Positions 1-18,338 of a DNA stretch of 64,000 nt are shown in pieces. A model generated the notes under the pieces. The model saw only the letters and a program-made list of their open reading frames with translations. It was not told the DNA's origin and made no database searches. The first letter of the stretch is position 1. Each line of letters opens with the position of its first letter. The DNA comes from Eledone cirrhosa (taxonomy: Eukaryota), in contig OZ024741.1 in NCBI GenBank assembly GCA_964016885.1, positions 340,318,001 through 340,382,000 of the forward strand. Direction: 5' to 3'. The position numbers and the translations under genes were made by a program.

Positions 1-178
1 CTTCCCAGGTAGACAAACTGATCAATCATTCCACTTTATTTACCATACACATATATATTTGGTTCATTGTACTGCTTACCAGTGTACATGACAACAGCAG
101 CATGACTCTCCGAAAGTACAAATATATATGTATGTGTGTGGGTGGATGTGTATATGTGTGTATGTGTGCATATAAGCC

Positions 179-209
<31 letters not shown>

Positions 210-225
210 ATTTTTATATATATAT

Positions 226-560
226 GCTACACAAGGATGCTGACGATGGCTCTGAATATTAACCAGTTCAAACTGAGGATGAAGAACACAGAGCTGTACG
301 GGAGCCTTCCAAAAGTGACAGGGAGGAGACTTAAGTTAATTGGTCATGATCACCGACATTCAGAGATGACACAGGACTGAGTGGTCCTGTGGGAGCCTCT
401 ACTCGGACACACTGGAAGAGGGAGATGGAGGATGACATATGTTGATGCCCTAATGACAGACACTGGTCTTCATGAGACACAGGACACATCAGTGATGATA
501 ATGGACAGAGACCACTGGAGAGAACTCATCTGTGGATCTGGGAAATTTTACCTGTTCTAG
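226..560 (+). mobile_element. RTE LINE family B, 3' fragment
   Basis: Translates to CYTRMLTMALNI..ELYG..RRLKLIGH, an RTE C-terminus, and ends ctag(at)n. Homologous to 2221-2554, 28056-28216 and 44672-45095. Confidence 0.8.
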
Positions 561-761
561 ATATATATATATATGAGAAGTTATCAAAAGTCAAATTTTT
601 TAATATATTTCTATTTATCAATACCACAGATACTTTAGAACTAACAACAACACCAAATATATCAACGGGAGTGTCAAATATATCAACTCCAGTGTCATCA
701 ACTCAATTAAATGAAGGTAATTTTCTTTTTATTTCTCTCATTAGATATTTTTATTACATCA

Positions 762-924
762 ACAGTACAATTTAAGAATATATGTGTTTCAGTGGGAGGA
801 TCCAAATATACTTTCCCAGCTCATCAGTTGAGCCATCTTAAATTTTGAGATAGCTGAACTGATGAACTGAAAAGGTATATTTAAATCCTCCCAGTGAAAC
901 ACGTGTTTTTGGAAAATGTACTGT
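762..924. ncRNA. Imperfect hairpin of two divergent degenerate hammerhead motifs
   Basis: On + at 854-912: ctgaa CTGATGA actg..cagt GAAAC acgt GT t tttgg. The mirror motif (tcatcag, gtttc) lies on the minus strand. The hairpin is duplicated at ~2743-2903. Confidence 0.55.
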
Positions 925-931
925 ACATATA

Positions 932-1108
932 ACTGTTTCTACTTTAGGCACAAGGCCAGCAATTACCCAGTACATTACTGGTACTTTATTTTATCGACCC
1001 CATAAGGATGAGAGGCAAAGTTAACCTCGGTGGGATTTGAACTCAAACCGCAAAGGGACGTAACTATGCTGGAAAGCATGGCATCCAACCTTCTACCGAT
1101 ACTGCCAA
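932..1108 (-). mobile_element. tRNA-derived SINE
   Basis: Minus strand has an A-box-like TGGCAGTATCGG, a B-box GAGTTCAAATCC and a central cctNtcatcctt..ggggtcgataaaataaagtacc domain (Meta-SINE-like, from memory). Confidence 0.8.
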
Positions 1109-1299
1109 AAAAGATTATATATCACACAACATCCTCCTTGGATTGAGTGCTGTACCCTCCCAACTATGTATATTTATACAAAAATCTCTTACCCAAATAT
1201 ATATAGATATATATATATATAATGGCTGCTCCCTTGTTATCGTGTATGACCATTGCACAATAAAAAAAAAACCAAAACACATACATATATATATTAATA

Positions 1300-2064
1300 A
1301 TTTACCGTGCTGCAATTGAATGTGGCTACATTCTTTTCCACATGCTTGACAGTTATGATGACTAGCATCTCTCACAGCAGCCTGGTAGTCAACCACTGGT
1401 CCCACTTTATGACTGCGAAGATGACTTTTGAGTCCAGCTTTCCTGAGGCAGTGTCTTGCACAGACGCTGCATGTCAGGGCCATAGGAGGACCTTTGCTTT
1501 CTGGAAATGTAAAAGCAATGCCATTTCTGACATCCCTGTTTTACTTTCTTGTATGCGATTTGAGATGCTTCAAAAGCAACTTTCCCATCATGTACAGTCT
1601 TTCTCCATTTATTATGATCAACAGCTTCGCTTTCCCATATATCAGCAGAGATGTTAGTGTCGTTCAAGGAGGCTGTCAACGAATCCTTATACCTCTTCCT
1701 TGGTTTATGTGGTGGTTGTTTTCCTTTAACTAACTCTCCACAAGAGTTGTTTAGGTATCCTTGAATCCTTCATCCTAGAAAGGTGACCTCTCCATTGGAG
1801 TATTTCCTTAAGCACAAGAGCTTCTATGCATTCACACAGAGAGCTTTCCAAAATCTTGACATCACTGAGGTGGTCTCTCCAGTGAACACCATGGATTCGC
1901 CTGAGACACATCAGATGGAAACGTTTCAACTGTTTAAGGTGGTGTCAATATGTGACCCAGGTCTCACAGGCATAAAGAAGAGAGCACATATGCCTTGTAC
2001 ACCTTTACCTTTGTCTCCTTGCGTGTCTTGCTGACCCCAGAGGTGCCTTTCTAGCTTGCTTACC
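1300..2064 (-). pseudogene. Decayed RTE (BovB-like) LINE 3' region
   Basis: Frameshifted pieces read RFHLMCLRRI..WRD, LQWRGHLSRMKDSRIPKQLL and a C2H2 finger CSVCARHCLRKAGLKSHLRSH. Confidence 0.8.
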
Positions 2065-2068
2065 TGGT

Positions 2069-2171
2069 ACTACTTACCAGGGTCGGGTTGGTACATGATA
2101 ATAGCAGCATGACTCTCCTAAAGTACAAATATATATATATGTGTGAGGGTGTGTATGTGTGCGCATATGCG

Positions 2172-2208
<37 letters not shown>

Positions 2209-2994
2209 TTATATATATATGCTACACAAGGATGCTGACGATGGCTCTGAATATTAACCAGTTCACACTGAGGATGAAGAACTCAGAGCTGTACGGGAGC
2301 CTTCCAAAAGTGACAGGGAGGAGACTTAAGTTAATTGGTCATGATCACCAACATTCAGAGATGACACAGGACTGAGTGGTCCTGTGGGAGCCTCTACTCG
2401 GACACACTGGAAGAGGGAGATGGAGGATGACATATGTTGATGCCCTAATGACAGACACTGGTCTTCGTGAGACACAGGACACATCAGTGATGATAATGAA
2501 CAGAGACCACTGGAGAGAACTCATCTGTGGATCTGGGAAATTTTACCTGCTCTAGATATATATATAAATCAATGATGAGAAGTTATCAAAAGTCAAATTT
2601 TTTATACGTTTCTATTTATCAACACCACAGATACTTTAGAACTAACAACAACACCAAATATATCAACTCCAGTGTCAGCAAATCAATTAAATGAAGGTAA
2701 TTTCTTTTTATTTCTCTCATTAAATATTTTTTTATTACATCAACAGTGCAATTTAAGAATATGTGTTTCAGTGGGAGGATCTAAATTTACGTTCCCAGCT
2801 CATCAGTTGAGCCATCTTAAATTTGGAGATAGCTGAACTGATGAACTGAAAAGGTAGATTTAAATCATTCAATCGAAACACATGTATTTAGAAAATGTAC
2901 TGTAGGTATAATAAAAGATTATATATCACACAACCTGCTCCTCGGATTGAGTGCTGTGCCATCCCAACTATGGGTATTTCGTACACAAATCACT

Positions 2995-3000
<6 letters not shown>
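2069..3000. repeat. Local duplication, copy 2 (contains RTE-B fragment 2221-2554 and HHR hairpin 2743-2903)
   Basis: Colinear with 70-1200 but lacks the SINE. Confidence 0.85.
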
Positions 3001-3039
<39 letters not shown>

Positions 3040-3075
3040 CACATCTATCCATCCATCCATATTTACATACATACA

Positions 3076-4498
3076 TACAAGCCATGTATTGAGGAGCATT
3101 CAGCAAAGTTAGAGTTAGCAATGACTATAGCGAGGAATTTAGCATACAGGTCGGTGTCCACCAGGGCTCTGTTCTTAGCCCTCTCCTGTTCATTATAGTT
3201 TTGCAGGCAATAACGGAGGAGTTTAAGACCGGATGCCCATAGGAACTCCTATATGTGGATGATCTCGCACTTATAGCTGAATCCATGGTGGAACTAGAGA
3301 AGAAATTCCAAACATGGAAGCGTGGGCTAGAAAGAAAGGGTCTCAAAGTCAACCTGACAAAGACTAAGGTTCTTGTAAGTAGACGAGAAAACAGAACCCA
3401 GATCCCCTCAGGGAAATGGCCTTGCTCAGTATGTAGGAAAGGTGTAGGTAGGAACTCCATCCTCTGCCCTAATTGCAAACAATGGGTACACAAGAGATGT
3501 AGGCTTCATATGTAGCAGCTGCGTTGGGACAGCAAGCAGCAAACGACCACAGGAAACAAGCACCACCAAACTCTGGGAGGGCTCTGTAGAAACAGTAAAC
3601 AGCTTTTGCTACCTAAGTGACTGAATTAGCAGTGGAGGTGGGGGTTCAGAAAGTACAATAACTGAGGTAAGAACAGGATGGAAGAAGTTCAGGGAGCTAT
3701 TGCTACTGCTAGCTGTAAAAGGTTTTTCCCTCAAAATGAAAAGCAGACTGTATGATGCGCGTATACGAACAGCAATGTTACATGGTAGTGAAACCTGAGC
3801 GCTGTCTGTAGAAGACTTGCACAGATTAGAAATAAACGAAGCTTGCATGCTCCGATGGATGTGTAATAGTAATATACGCGAACGGTAAAGCATAAACGAA
3901 TTGAGAGAGAGACTGAGCATAAGAGGAATCAAATGCTGTATGCAGGAGAGGAGGTTACGTTGGTATGGACATGTGATGCGTATGACAGCTGCATAAAAAG
4001 TTGCAGAGCACTAGAAGTCGAGGAAGCCGATAAAAGGTGATAAAAGCCGACTTTACCCAATTGCACCTCTCAAGGGCAATGACACACGACCGTGACCTCT
4101 GGCGTCATGCAGTAAAACAGAAGACACAACTTCCCACTGGAACAAGCCAAAGCTGAAGCATATAGACAATATGCCCCCCCCCCCCCACTGCAAAGTGGTT
4201 GTGTAGGTGCCACGACAAAAAACACCCAGTCTACACTGTAAAGTGGTCGTGTAGTCACACAGTAAAAAATGCACCCAGTACTCACTGTAAATGAGATTGG
4301 TGTTAGGAAGGGCATCCAACTGTAGAAATCATGCCAAAATCAGTTCTGTGTGAGCAAGACATGGTAACCTGACCTGACATTGTCCACAACAGGACAATCC
4401 ATCTAACCCATGCTATGCGTGGAAGAATAGACATAAAACGATGATGGTGGTGGTGATGATTATGATGACGGTGATGGTGATGATGATGATGATGATGA
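3076..4498 (+). mobile_element. RTE LINE family A, decayed 5'-truncated copy
   Basis: Homologous to ~50378-51815. Shows a YVDD motif, premature stops, a 3' UTR and a (GAT)n tail. Confidence 0.9.
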
Positions 4499-4534
4499 TT
4501 GTATGTATGTATGTATGTATGTATATATATTAAT

Positions 4535-4762
4535 AATTGTTTCTACTTTTGGCACAAGGCCAGCAATTATCCCAGTGCATTACTGGTACTTTATTTTATC
4601 GACCCCGTAAGGATGAAAGGCAAAGTTAACCTCGTATATATAATAATAATTGTTTCTACTTTAGGCACAGGGCCAGCAATTACCCAGTGCATTACTAGTA
4701 CTTTATTTTATCGACCCCGTAAGGATGAAAGGCAAAGTCAACCTCGGTGGGATTTGAACTCA
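4535..4762 (-). mobile_element. Two tandem partial SINE copies
   Basis: ttgtttctacttt..gtactttattttatcgaccccgtaaggatgaaaggcaaag occurs twice; same family as 932-1108. Confidence 0.8.
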
Positions 4763-4981
4763 GATCGTATAATAATAAGTATAGACAAGATGTCAAACTT
4801 TCATTAAGTTTATTCAAATGTGATGTACATTTCATGATTGATCAACTCATGGTTCAATGTCTATCAATTGGGCCCAACTCTGGAATCACAGCAGCAATGA
4901 TGAAGGACAGAGCCCACTGGAGAGAACTTATCCATGGATCTTAGAAATTTTACCTGCCTTAGATATATATATATATGTGTA

Positions 4982-5610
4982 TCATCATCATCACCGTTTT
5001 ACGTCCATTCTTTCACGCTAGCATGGGTTAGACAGGTTGTCCTGTTGTGGGCAGTGCCAGGTCAGGTGACCTTGTCTTGCTCATACGGGAACTGATTTTG
5101 GCTTGATTTCTACAGTTGGATGCCCTTCCTAACACCAACCTCATTTACAGTGAGTGCTGGGTGCTTTCTTTCCGTGGCGCCTACACGAACATTTTACAGT
5201 GTGGGCTGGGTGCCTTTTTGCCATGGCACCTCCACGACCACTTTGTGGGAGGAGGTGGGGTTATATGCTTCAGCTTCGGCTTGTACCCATGGGAAATCGG
5301 GTCTTCTGTATTACTACGTGATGCCAGAGGTCACGGTCCTGTCATCGCTTTTGAGAGGTGTAATTGGCTAAGGTCGGCTGTTATCATCTCATCCCAGGTC
5401 TTCTTGGGTCTCCCCACTCCAAGGCTTCCATCGACTTCTAGTGCTCTGCACCTTTTTATGCAGCTGTCATCCTTCATACGCATCACATGCCCATGCCAAC
5501 GTAACCTCCTCTCCTGCACACATCATTTGATTGCTCTTATCTTCCGTCTCTCAATTCATTTATGCTTTGCTGTTCGCATATATTACTATTACACATCCAT
5601 CAAAGCATGC
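4982..5610 (-). mobile_element. RTE-A 3' fragment
   Basis: (CAT)n on +, shared 3' UTR, and [17 protein letters not shown] on the minus strand. Confidence 0.9.
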
Positions 5611-5620
5611 ATATATATAT

Positions 5621-6277
5621 CATCATCATCATCAGCATCGTTTAACTTTTATCTTCCACGCTAGCATGGGTTAGACGGGAGATGTCCCACTTGAGGCATG
5701 ATTGGTCGGGTAACCGTGTCTCACTCGTTTAGGACTATCTGGCAGGTTTTCTATGGCTGGATGCCCTTCCTACCACCAACCACATTTACAGTGTGGACTG
5801 GGAGCTTTTTACCGTGTTACCTACGCGACCACATTATAGCATGGACTGCGTGTTTTTTTTGTCATGACACCTACACGACCTCATTAGTTTGGACTGGATG
5901 TTGTGGTACCAACATAACTTTATAGAGAAAGGGTGGTATTGGTGGGAGTGGAAGGATGGAGTAGGGGTAGAGGGTTGGGTAGTATGTTTGGTTTAGAGGG
6001 GCCTACTGACTGTAAGTTTACTTTGCACGTAGGGAAGGCAGATCTTCTGTATTACTGCATGGCACCAAAGATCTCGATCCAGTGACATTGTCTTAGAGAG
6101 GCGTAAGTGTGCAAGCTCGGAATTTATCATATCATCCCAGGTTTTTCTGGGTCTACTTACTCTGTAACTTCCATCAATTTTGATCGCCCTGCACTTTTTT
6201 ATACTGCTGTCATCTTTCATGCGCATCACATGACCATACCAACGTAATCTTCTCTCAAGTAAACAGCATCTGATCCA
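5621..6277 (-). mobile_element. RTE-A-related subfamily 3' fragment
   Basis: (CAT)n on +; minus strand reads [26 protein letters not shown]. Matches 56515-57150. Confidence 0.85.
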
Positions 6278-6616
6278 TGGTCAAGCAGAGGTCGAAGTAG
6301 TTCTCTTAATTGTGGGAGTGGGATGGCGTTAGCTGTCAGTCCATTGTACTGTTTATCTGTGTTGGGTTTTTGGTACTGGCAGTGTAGTATAGTCATCTGG
6401 TAGTAGTAGTATTCTGCCTGGTCTCTTTTCTTTTTTTTTTTTTAAGTTAGGTCGGTGGATGGTGACGGTGTTACACACAAAAACAACCGTTCGAATGCCA
6501 CTGTGTGTGTGTGTGTGTGTGTTGGTGCTTCGTTAGTTCACACCAACCACCTCATCTCGCTTCTCTCGGATCGGTTATTTATTTGTGGCCCTAAGCGTTT
6601 GATCCAAAGTGCTTCC

Positions 6617-7287
6617 TTACTAAAAAAATAGAAGCTAAGTAGAGCAACAGGATTGTTCTCAACGGACGGAGAAAAAGATAGAAGTTAATATGTCCAGGGA
6701 TACTAGGTACCCCTAGAAATACATAGGTTGTCTATGATTCAAGGTTGTTCAATGGTATTAATTTGATACACCAGAACTTTAATATTAAGATAAGCAGAAC
6801 AAGTAAAATTCAATCAATTTTTCAAAATACATTAAAAAATATAATATAAATATTTACCTCTCCTAGTGGCCCTTACTGATCAGTTTCGCTTTGTAAAACC
6901 TCATAAATCCGATGGATTTCTCCGTCCGTTGAGAACAGTCCTGTTGCTCTACTTAGCTGCTATTTTTTTAGTAGTAATTGTAGACAGCAAGTCTTTGATT
7001 TTCCCGCTTTTACTTCGGTCCAGTTTACATACGGGTCAATTTTACGACCTTTCAGACCTTTATTAGCTGGCAGGAGGTTGTATATTTTGTCGTTCCTGGG
7101 ACGTTTAGCCCTAGGAAGGGAAAATGCTTCTCTGATGAGCTTTGGTTTTCCATCATAAATCCATCGAATTTATGAGGTTTTACAAAGCGAAACTGATCAG
7201 TAAGGGCCACTAGGAGAGGTAAATATTTATATTATATTTTTTAATGTATTTTAAAAAATTGATTGAATTTTACTTGTTCTGCTTATC

Positions 7288-7294
<7 letters not shown>
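6617..7294 (+). mobile_element. Fold-back non-coding element with hammerhead (PLE pLTR-like)
   Basis: Inverted arms at 6782-6919/7157-7294 and ~6617-6675/6917-6973. The 3' end runs into (TA)n. Confidence 0.7.
7126..7207 (+). ncRNA. Minimal type I hammerhead ribozyme
   Basis: ttct CTGATGA gctttg..caaagc GAA ACTGATCAGT A aggg: palindromic stem III and GUA cleavage triplet. Confidence 0.8.
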
Positions 7295-10374
<3,080 letters not shown>

Positions 10375-10878
10375 ATACATTAAAATATATGATAAACACA
10401 AATCGTGTTTGCATTGCAACAGACAGTCAGCTATTAATGAAATAAACTAATTAAAGTGAATACAATTTGTCTGTCTCGATATAAGTCAATAAAGACAAGT
10501 TTATATTGGCAACTGCCATGATTCCTGGACAGATTTAAATTTCATTATTTTTTAAATTCACATACCACCATTGCGAAACGGATTTAGGTTTCGAGGTTCA
10601 AATTCGTCTACAGAACAGGTTTGGATTTTGAAATTTAAATCTGTCCAGGAATCATGGCAGTTGCCAATATAAACTTGTCTTTATTGAGTTATATCGAGAC
10701 AGACAAATTGTATTCACTTTAATTAGTTTATTTCATTAATAGCTGACTGTCTGTTGCAATGCAAACACGTTTTGTGTTTATCATATATTTTAATGTATTT
10801 AACTGCTCGGAAATGCCCCTTTCCTGGAGCTTAATTATTGTAAAGGACTGAGAGCTTATTCTCAAAATATTATATAGT
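10375..10878. mobile_element. Fold-back element with 170-bp inverted arms, inserted in (TA)n
   Basis: Arms 10375-10544 and 10629-10798 are near-perfect reverse complements around an 84-nt spacer, with an ~80-nt tail on one side. Confidence 0.7.
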
Positions 10879-11001
10879 ATATATATATATATATATATAT
10901 ATATTCATATATATATATATATATATATATTCATATATATTCATATATATATATATATATATATATTCATATATATATATATATATTCATATATATATAT
11001 A

Positions 11002-13957
<2,956 letters not shown>

Positions 13958-15152
13958 TGCCGGACCGGCAACCGCTCTTTCAAACCAGTTCCTGTACACA
14001 GCTAAGTATTCTATAAGTCTCTAGCTGTGTCATTCTCGATAAAAGCACTGGATATGTGGTCCTGATGAATTCTAACAAGAATGAAACGCGTAGATTACTT
14101 CCCTTGCTTTTATCGAGAATCTAATTGTAATACGTGACGTATTCTATTCTATAGCGATTAGGTCTTCAAAATGTTTATTATAAACATACAGAATATTTTC
14201 GAATATTCTATGTCTATATTCACATATATATCGCTATTTCAGAGCATTTATTCCAATTTCTAATTTCTGCCGGACCGGCAACCGCTCTTTCAAACCAGTT
14301 CCTGTACACAGCTAAGTATTCTATAAGTCTCTAGCTGTGTCATTCTCGATAAAAGCACTGGATATGTGGTCCTGATGAATTCTAACAAGAATGAAACGCG
14401 TAGATTACTTCCCTTGCTTTTATCGAGAATCTAATTGTAATACGTGACGTATTCTATTCTATAGCGATTAGGTCTTCAAAATGTTTATTATAAACATACA
14501 GAATATTTTCGAATATTCTATGTCTATATTCACATATATATCGCTATTTCAGAGCATTTATTCCAATTTCTAATTTCTGCCGGACCGGCAACCGCTCTTT
14601 CAAACCAGTTCCTGTACACAGCTAAGTATTCTATAAGTCTCTAGCTGTGTCATTCTCGATAAAAGCACTGGATATGTGGTCCTGATGAATTCTAACAAGA
14701 ATGAAACGCGTAGATTACTTCCCTTGCTTTTATCGAGAATCTAATTGTAATACGTGACGTATTCTATTCTATAGCGATTAGGTCTTCAAAATGTTTATTA
14801 TAAACATACAGAATATTTTCGAATATTCTATGTCTATATTCACATATATATCGCTATTTCAGAGCATTTATTCCAATTTCTAATTTCTGCCGGACCGGCA
14901 ACCGCTCTTTCAAACCAGTTCCTGTACACAGCTAAGTATTCTATAAGTCTCTAGCTGTGTCATTCTCGATAAAAGCACTGGATATGTGGTCCTGATGAAT
15001 TCTAACAAGAATGAAACGCGTAGATTACTTCCCTTGCTTTTATCGAGAATCTAATTGTAATACGTGACGTATTCTATTCTATAGCGATTAGGTCTTCAAA
15101 ATGTTTATTATAAACATACAGAATATTTTCGAATATTCTATGTCTATATTCA
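13958..15152 (+). repeat. Inverted arm of the 310-bp array (~3.85 units)
   Basis: Reverse complement of the left arm; tgccggacc recurs at 13958, 14268, 14578 and 14888. Confidence 0.95.
14056..14098 (+). ncRNA. Minimal type I hammerhead ribozyme (also 14366-14408, 14676-14718, 14986-15028)
   Basis: Stem I gtggtc/gattac, CUGAUGA core, stem II attct/agaat, GAAA, palindromic ACGCGT. Predicted cleavage after GUA (14092). Confidence 0.9.
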
Positions 15153-15166
15153 TTTATATATATATA

Positions 15167-15206
<40 letters not shown>

Positions 15207-15226
15207 TATATATATATATATATATA

Positions 15227-15270
<44 letters not shown>

Positions 15271-15308
15271 TAATATAAGATCAAAAGATGGTTAAAGGAG
15301 TTCCATGT

Positions 15309-15377
15309 ATTTTATTATGCGCATTTCAAAAACAAACATCATCATGCAATAATATTTGTGTTTTCATCAGATAAAAC
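15309..15377 (-). ncRNA. Hammerhead ribozyme in inverted pLTR of PLE1
   Basis: Reverse complement of 18065-18133. Confidence 0.85.
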
Positions 15378-18064
15378 AGGAGAACATGATATGAAGGCTA
15401 AAAAACACTTGTGGATAGTGCAGTTTTAAATCAACATATGAAAAGTGGTTTTAGATTGGGGAAAAAAAAAGTGGTGATATTGGGAAAAATATTTTATTTA
15501 GAGAGGGGGGGGGTGGAAAGGATGAAAAAGGGGAGGAGATGAGAGGGAGAGATGGGTGATAGAGAGAAAGAGATAGTTTTTATAACTGAGAGAAGATATA
15601 TTGTTTTACATAGAGAGGTTGAAAACCGTTGGAAGATAATGTATAAATTAAAAGAATTTGAAAATTAACGAAGGGAAAAATATGTACGAGGAAAAAATAT
15701 TTTATTTAGGGAGGGGGGGGGGAGGATGAAAAAAGGGGAGGAGATGAGAGTGAAGGTGGAGAGGGAGAGATGAGTGATAGAGAGAAAGAGATAGTTTTTA
15801 TAACTGAGAGAAGATATATTGTTTTACATAGAGAGGTTGAGAACCGTTGGAAGATAATGTATAAATTAAAAGAATTTGAAAATTAACGAAGGGAAAAATA
15901 TGTACGAGGAAAAAATATTTTATTTAGGGAGGGGTGGTGGAAAGGATGAAAAAAGGGGAGGAGATGAGAGTGAAGGTGGAGAGGGAGAGATGGGTGATAG
16001 AGAGAAAGAGATAGTTTTTATAACTGAGAAAAGATATATTGTTTTACATAGAGAGGTTGAGAACCGTTGGAAGATAATGTATAAATTAAAAGAATTTGAA
16101 AATTAACGAAGGGAAAAATATGTACGAGGAAAGAAAGGGAGTTTATGTATGAAGATAGAGAGAAAAAATAATAATTGCGGATGAATATTCTAACGTCAAA
16201 AAGGTGTATGTTGATAAGTATTGTGGCAATTTCAACATTAACGAAGAGAAAAAATTATTAAGGTTTGTGTGTAGAAGGATTTGAGAAAAATAATGTGAAG
16301 TTAAAGTTTGTATATTGAAGGAATTGATAATATGTGCGAAGAAAGAGTTAATATGTATTAAAAAATTATTAAGGTTTGTGTATTAGATGATTTGAGAAAA
16401 ATAATGTGAAGTTAAGGTTTGTATATTGAAGGAGTTGATAATATGTGCGAAGAAAGAGTTAATATGTATTAAGAATGAGTTCGTTGATGGGGAGAAAAAA
16501 ATAATAAATTAAGGATGAAATTTATTTTATAAAGTTATAACTAGCACCAATTCCTTCACCTATTTTGGCTCCACTTCCACCTCTTTTAAAGCTCGTCTCT
16601 ATAATCACCATTCATCTTTTAAATACAAACTTAAAAGAACCAACACGGCTCTCTCAGAACTCATATGGTCCTTGAAAGACAAACACATTAAATATACCAT
16701 CTTTTGAAGAAGGTTTCTTCTGCATCCTCATACTTGAACAGCTCTCTATCTAAAATCTGTAATCTCTGCCTAAATGAAAAATTTACCATTATCTCTAATC
16801 TAGATTCTATAATAAATAGACGTACAGATTTGTTTTCTATCTGACTGCATAAATTCCATAGGACTTTTCACAAAGTATACAGCTAATATTCAATTCTTTA
16901 TCAATTTAGAATCTTTTCTCAAAGGCACATATACATACACCTCTTTAAAATATACCCATCTTCCTACCTTACTTCAAAGGGCATTATACACTCTATAATA
17001 CTTGTTTACTCATTACCCTCATTCTATCTTCACCTTGTAAAATCCTTCATAACATATACATTTGTTTTTTTGACGTTAGAATATTCATCCGCAATTATTA
17101 TTATTTTTTCTCTCTATCATAAAACTTTTTAATCTCAATTTCATCCTTAATTTATTATTTTTTTCTCCCCATCAACGAACTCATTCTTAATACATATTAA
17201 CTCTTTCTTCGCACATATTATCAACTCCTTCAATATACAAACCTTAACTTCACATTATTTTTCTCAAATCATCTAATACACAAACCTTAATAATTTTTTA
17301 ATATATATTAACTCTTTCTTCGCACATATTATCAATTCCTTCAATATACAAACTTTAACTCACATTATTTTTCTCAAATCCTTCTACACACAAACCTTAA
17401 TAATTTTTTCTCTTCGTTAATTTTGAAATTGCCACAATACTTATCAACATACACCTTTTTGACGTTAGAATATTCATCCGCAATTATTATTTTTTCTCTC
17501 TATCTTCATACATAAACTCCCTTTCTTTCCTCGTACATATTTTTCCCTTCGTTAATTTTCAAATTCTTTTAATTTATACATTATCTTCCAACGGTTCTCA
17601 ACCTCTCTATGTAAAACAATATATCTTTTCTCAGTTATAAAAACTATCTCTTTCTCTCTATCACCCATCTCTCCCTCTCCACCTTCACTCTCATCTCCTC
17701 CCCTTTTTTCATCCTTTCCACCACCCACCCCCTCCCTAAATAAAATATTTTTTCCTCGTACATATTTTTCCCTTCGTTAATTTTCAAATTCTTTTAATTT
17801 ATACATTATCTTCCAACGGTTTTCAACCTCTATGTAAAACAATATATCTTCTCTCAGTTATAAAAACTATCTCTTTCTCTCTATCACCGATCTCTCCCTC
17901 TCCACCTTCACTCTCATCTCCTCCCCTTTTTCATCCTTCCCCCCCCCCTCTCTAAATAAAATATTTTTCCCAATATCACACATCAATCTAAAACCACTTT
18001 TCATATATTGATTTAAAACTGCACTATCCACAAGTGTTTTTTAGCCTTCATATCATGTTCTCCT

Positions 18065-18133
18065 GTTTTATCTGATGAAAACACAAATATTATTGCATGA
18101 TGATGTTTGTTTTTGAAATGCGCATAATAAAAT
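18065..18133 (+). ncRNA. Hammerhead ribozyme in upstream pLTR of PLE1
   Basis: gttttat CTGATGA aaac..tttt GAA ATGCGCAT A ataaaat; predicted cleavage after 18126. Confidence 0.88.
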
Positions 18134-18338
18134 ACATGGAACTCCTTTAACCATCTTTTGATCTTATATTATGTATACTCCAGTCCTACAAACTGTAGAG
18201 TGCTTCTTATCCGATATCTGCATTGCTTTATTGTACTACAATAAAACTCACCTCCTACATTAACTTGCTCCTTAACGGTTGAGCGCTTACTCTCATATTG
18301 GATACCTTTTGATGGTCTTTTACCTCTTCTTCTACAAC

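Larger units (their letters stand above)
70..1200. repeat. Local duplication, copy 1 (copy 2 at ~2069-3000)
   Basis: Same order of sequence blocks in both copies: cagcatgactctc, RTE 3' fragment, gagaagttatcaaaagtcaa, hairpin, aaagattatatatcacacaac. Copy 1 additionally holds a SINE at 932-1108. Confidence 0.85.

Noticed and set aside
932-1108. tRNA gene
   Set aside because: A/B boxes are present but there is no cloverleaf, and the repeated body identifies it as a SINE.
15876-16106. 76-aa Gly/Glu-rich ORF
   Set aside because: It is the antisense reading of the pyrimidine-rich tandem repeat in the PLE1 UTR.
18279-18311. TTG start of the PLE1 ORF from the ORF track
   Set aside because: In a eukaryotic element the ATGs at 18312 or 18339 are more plausible.
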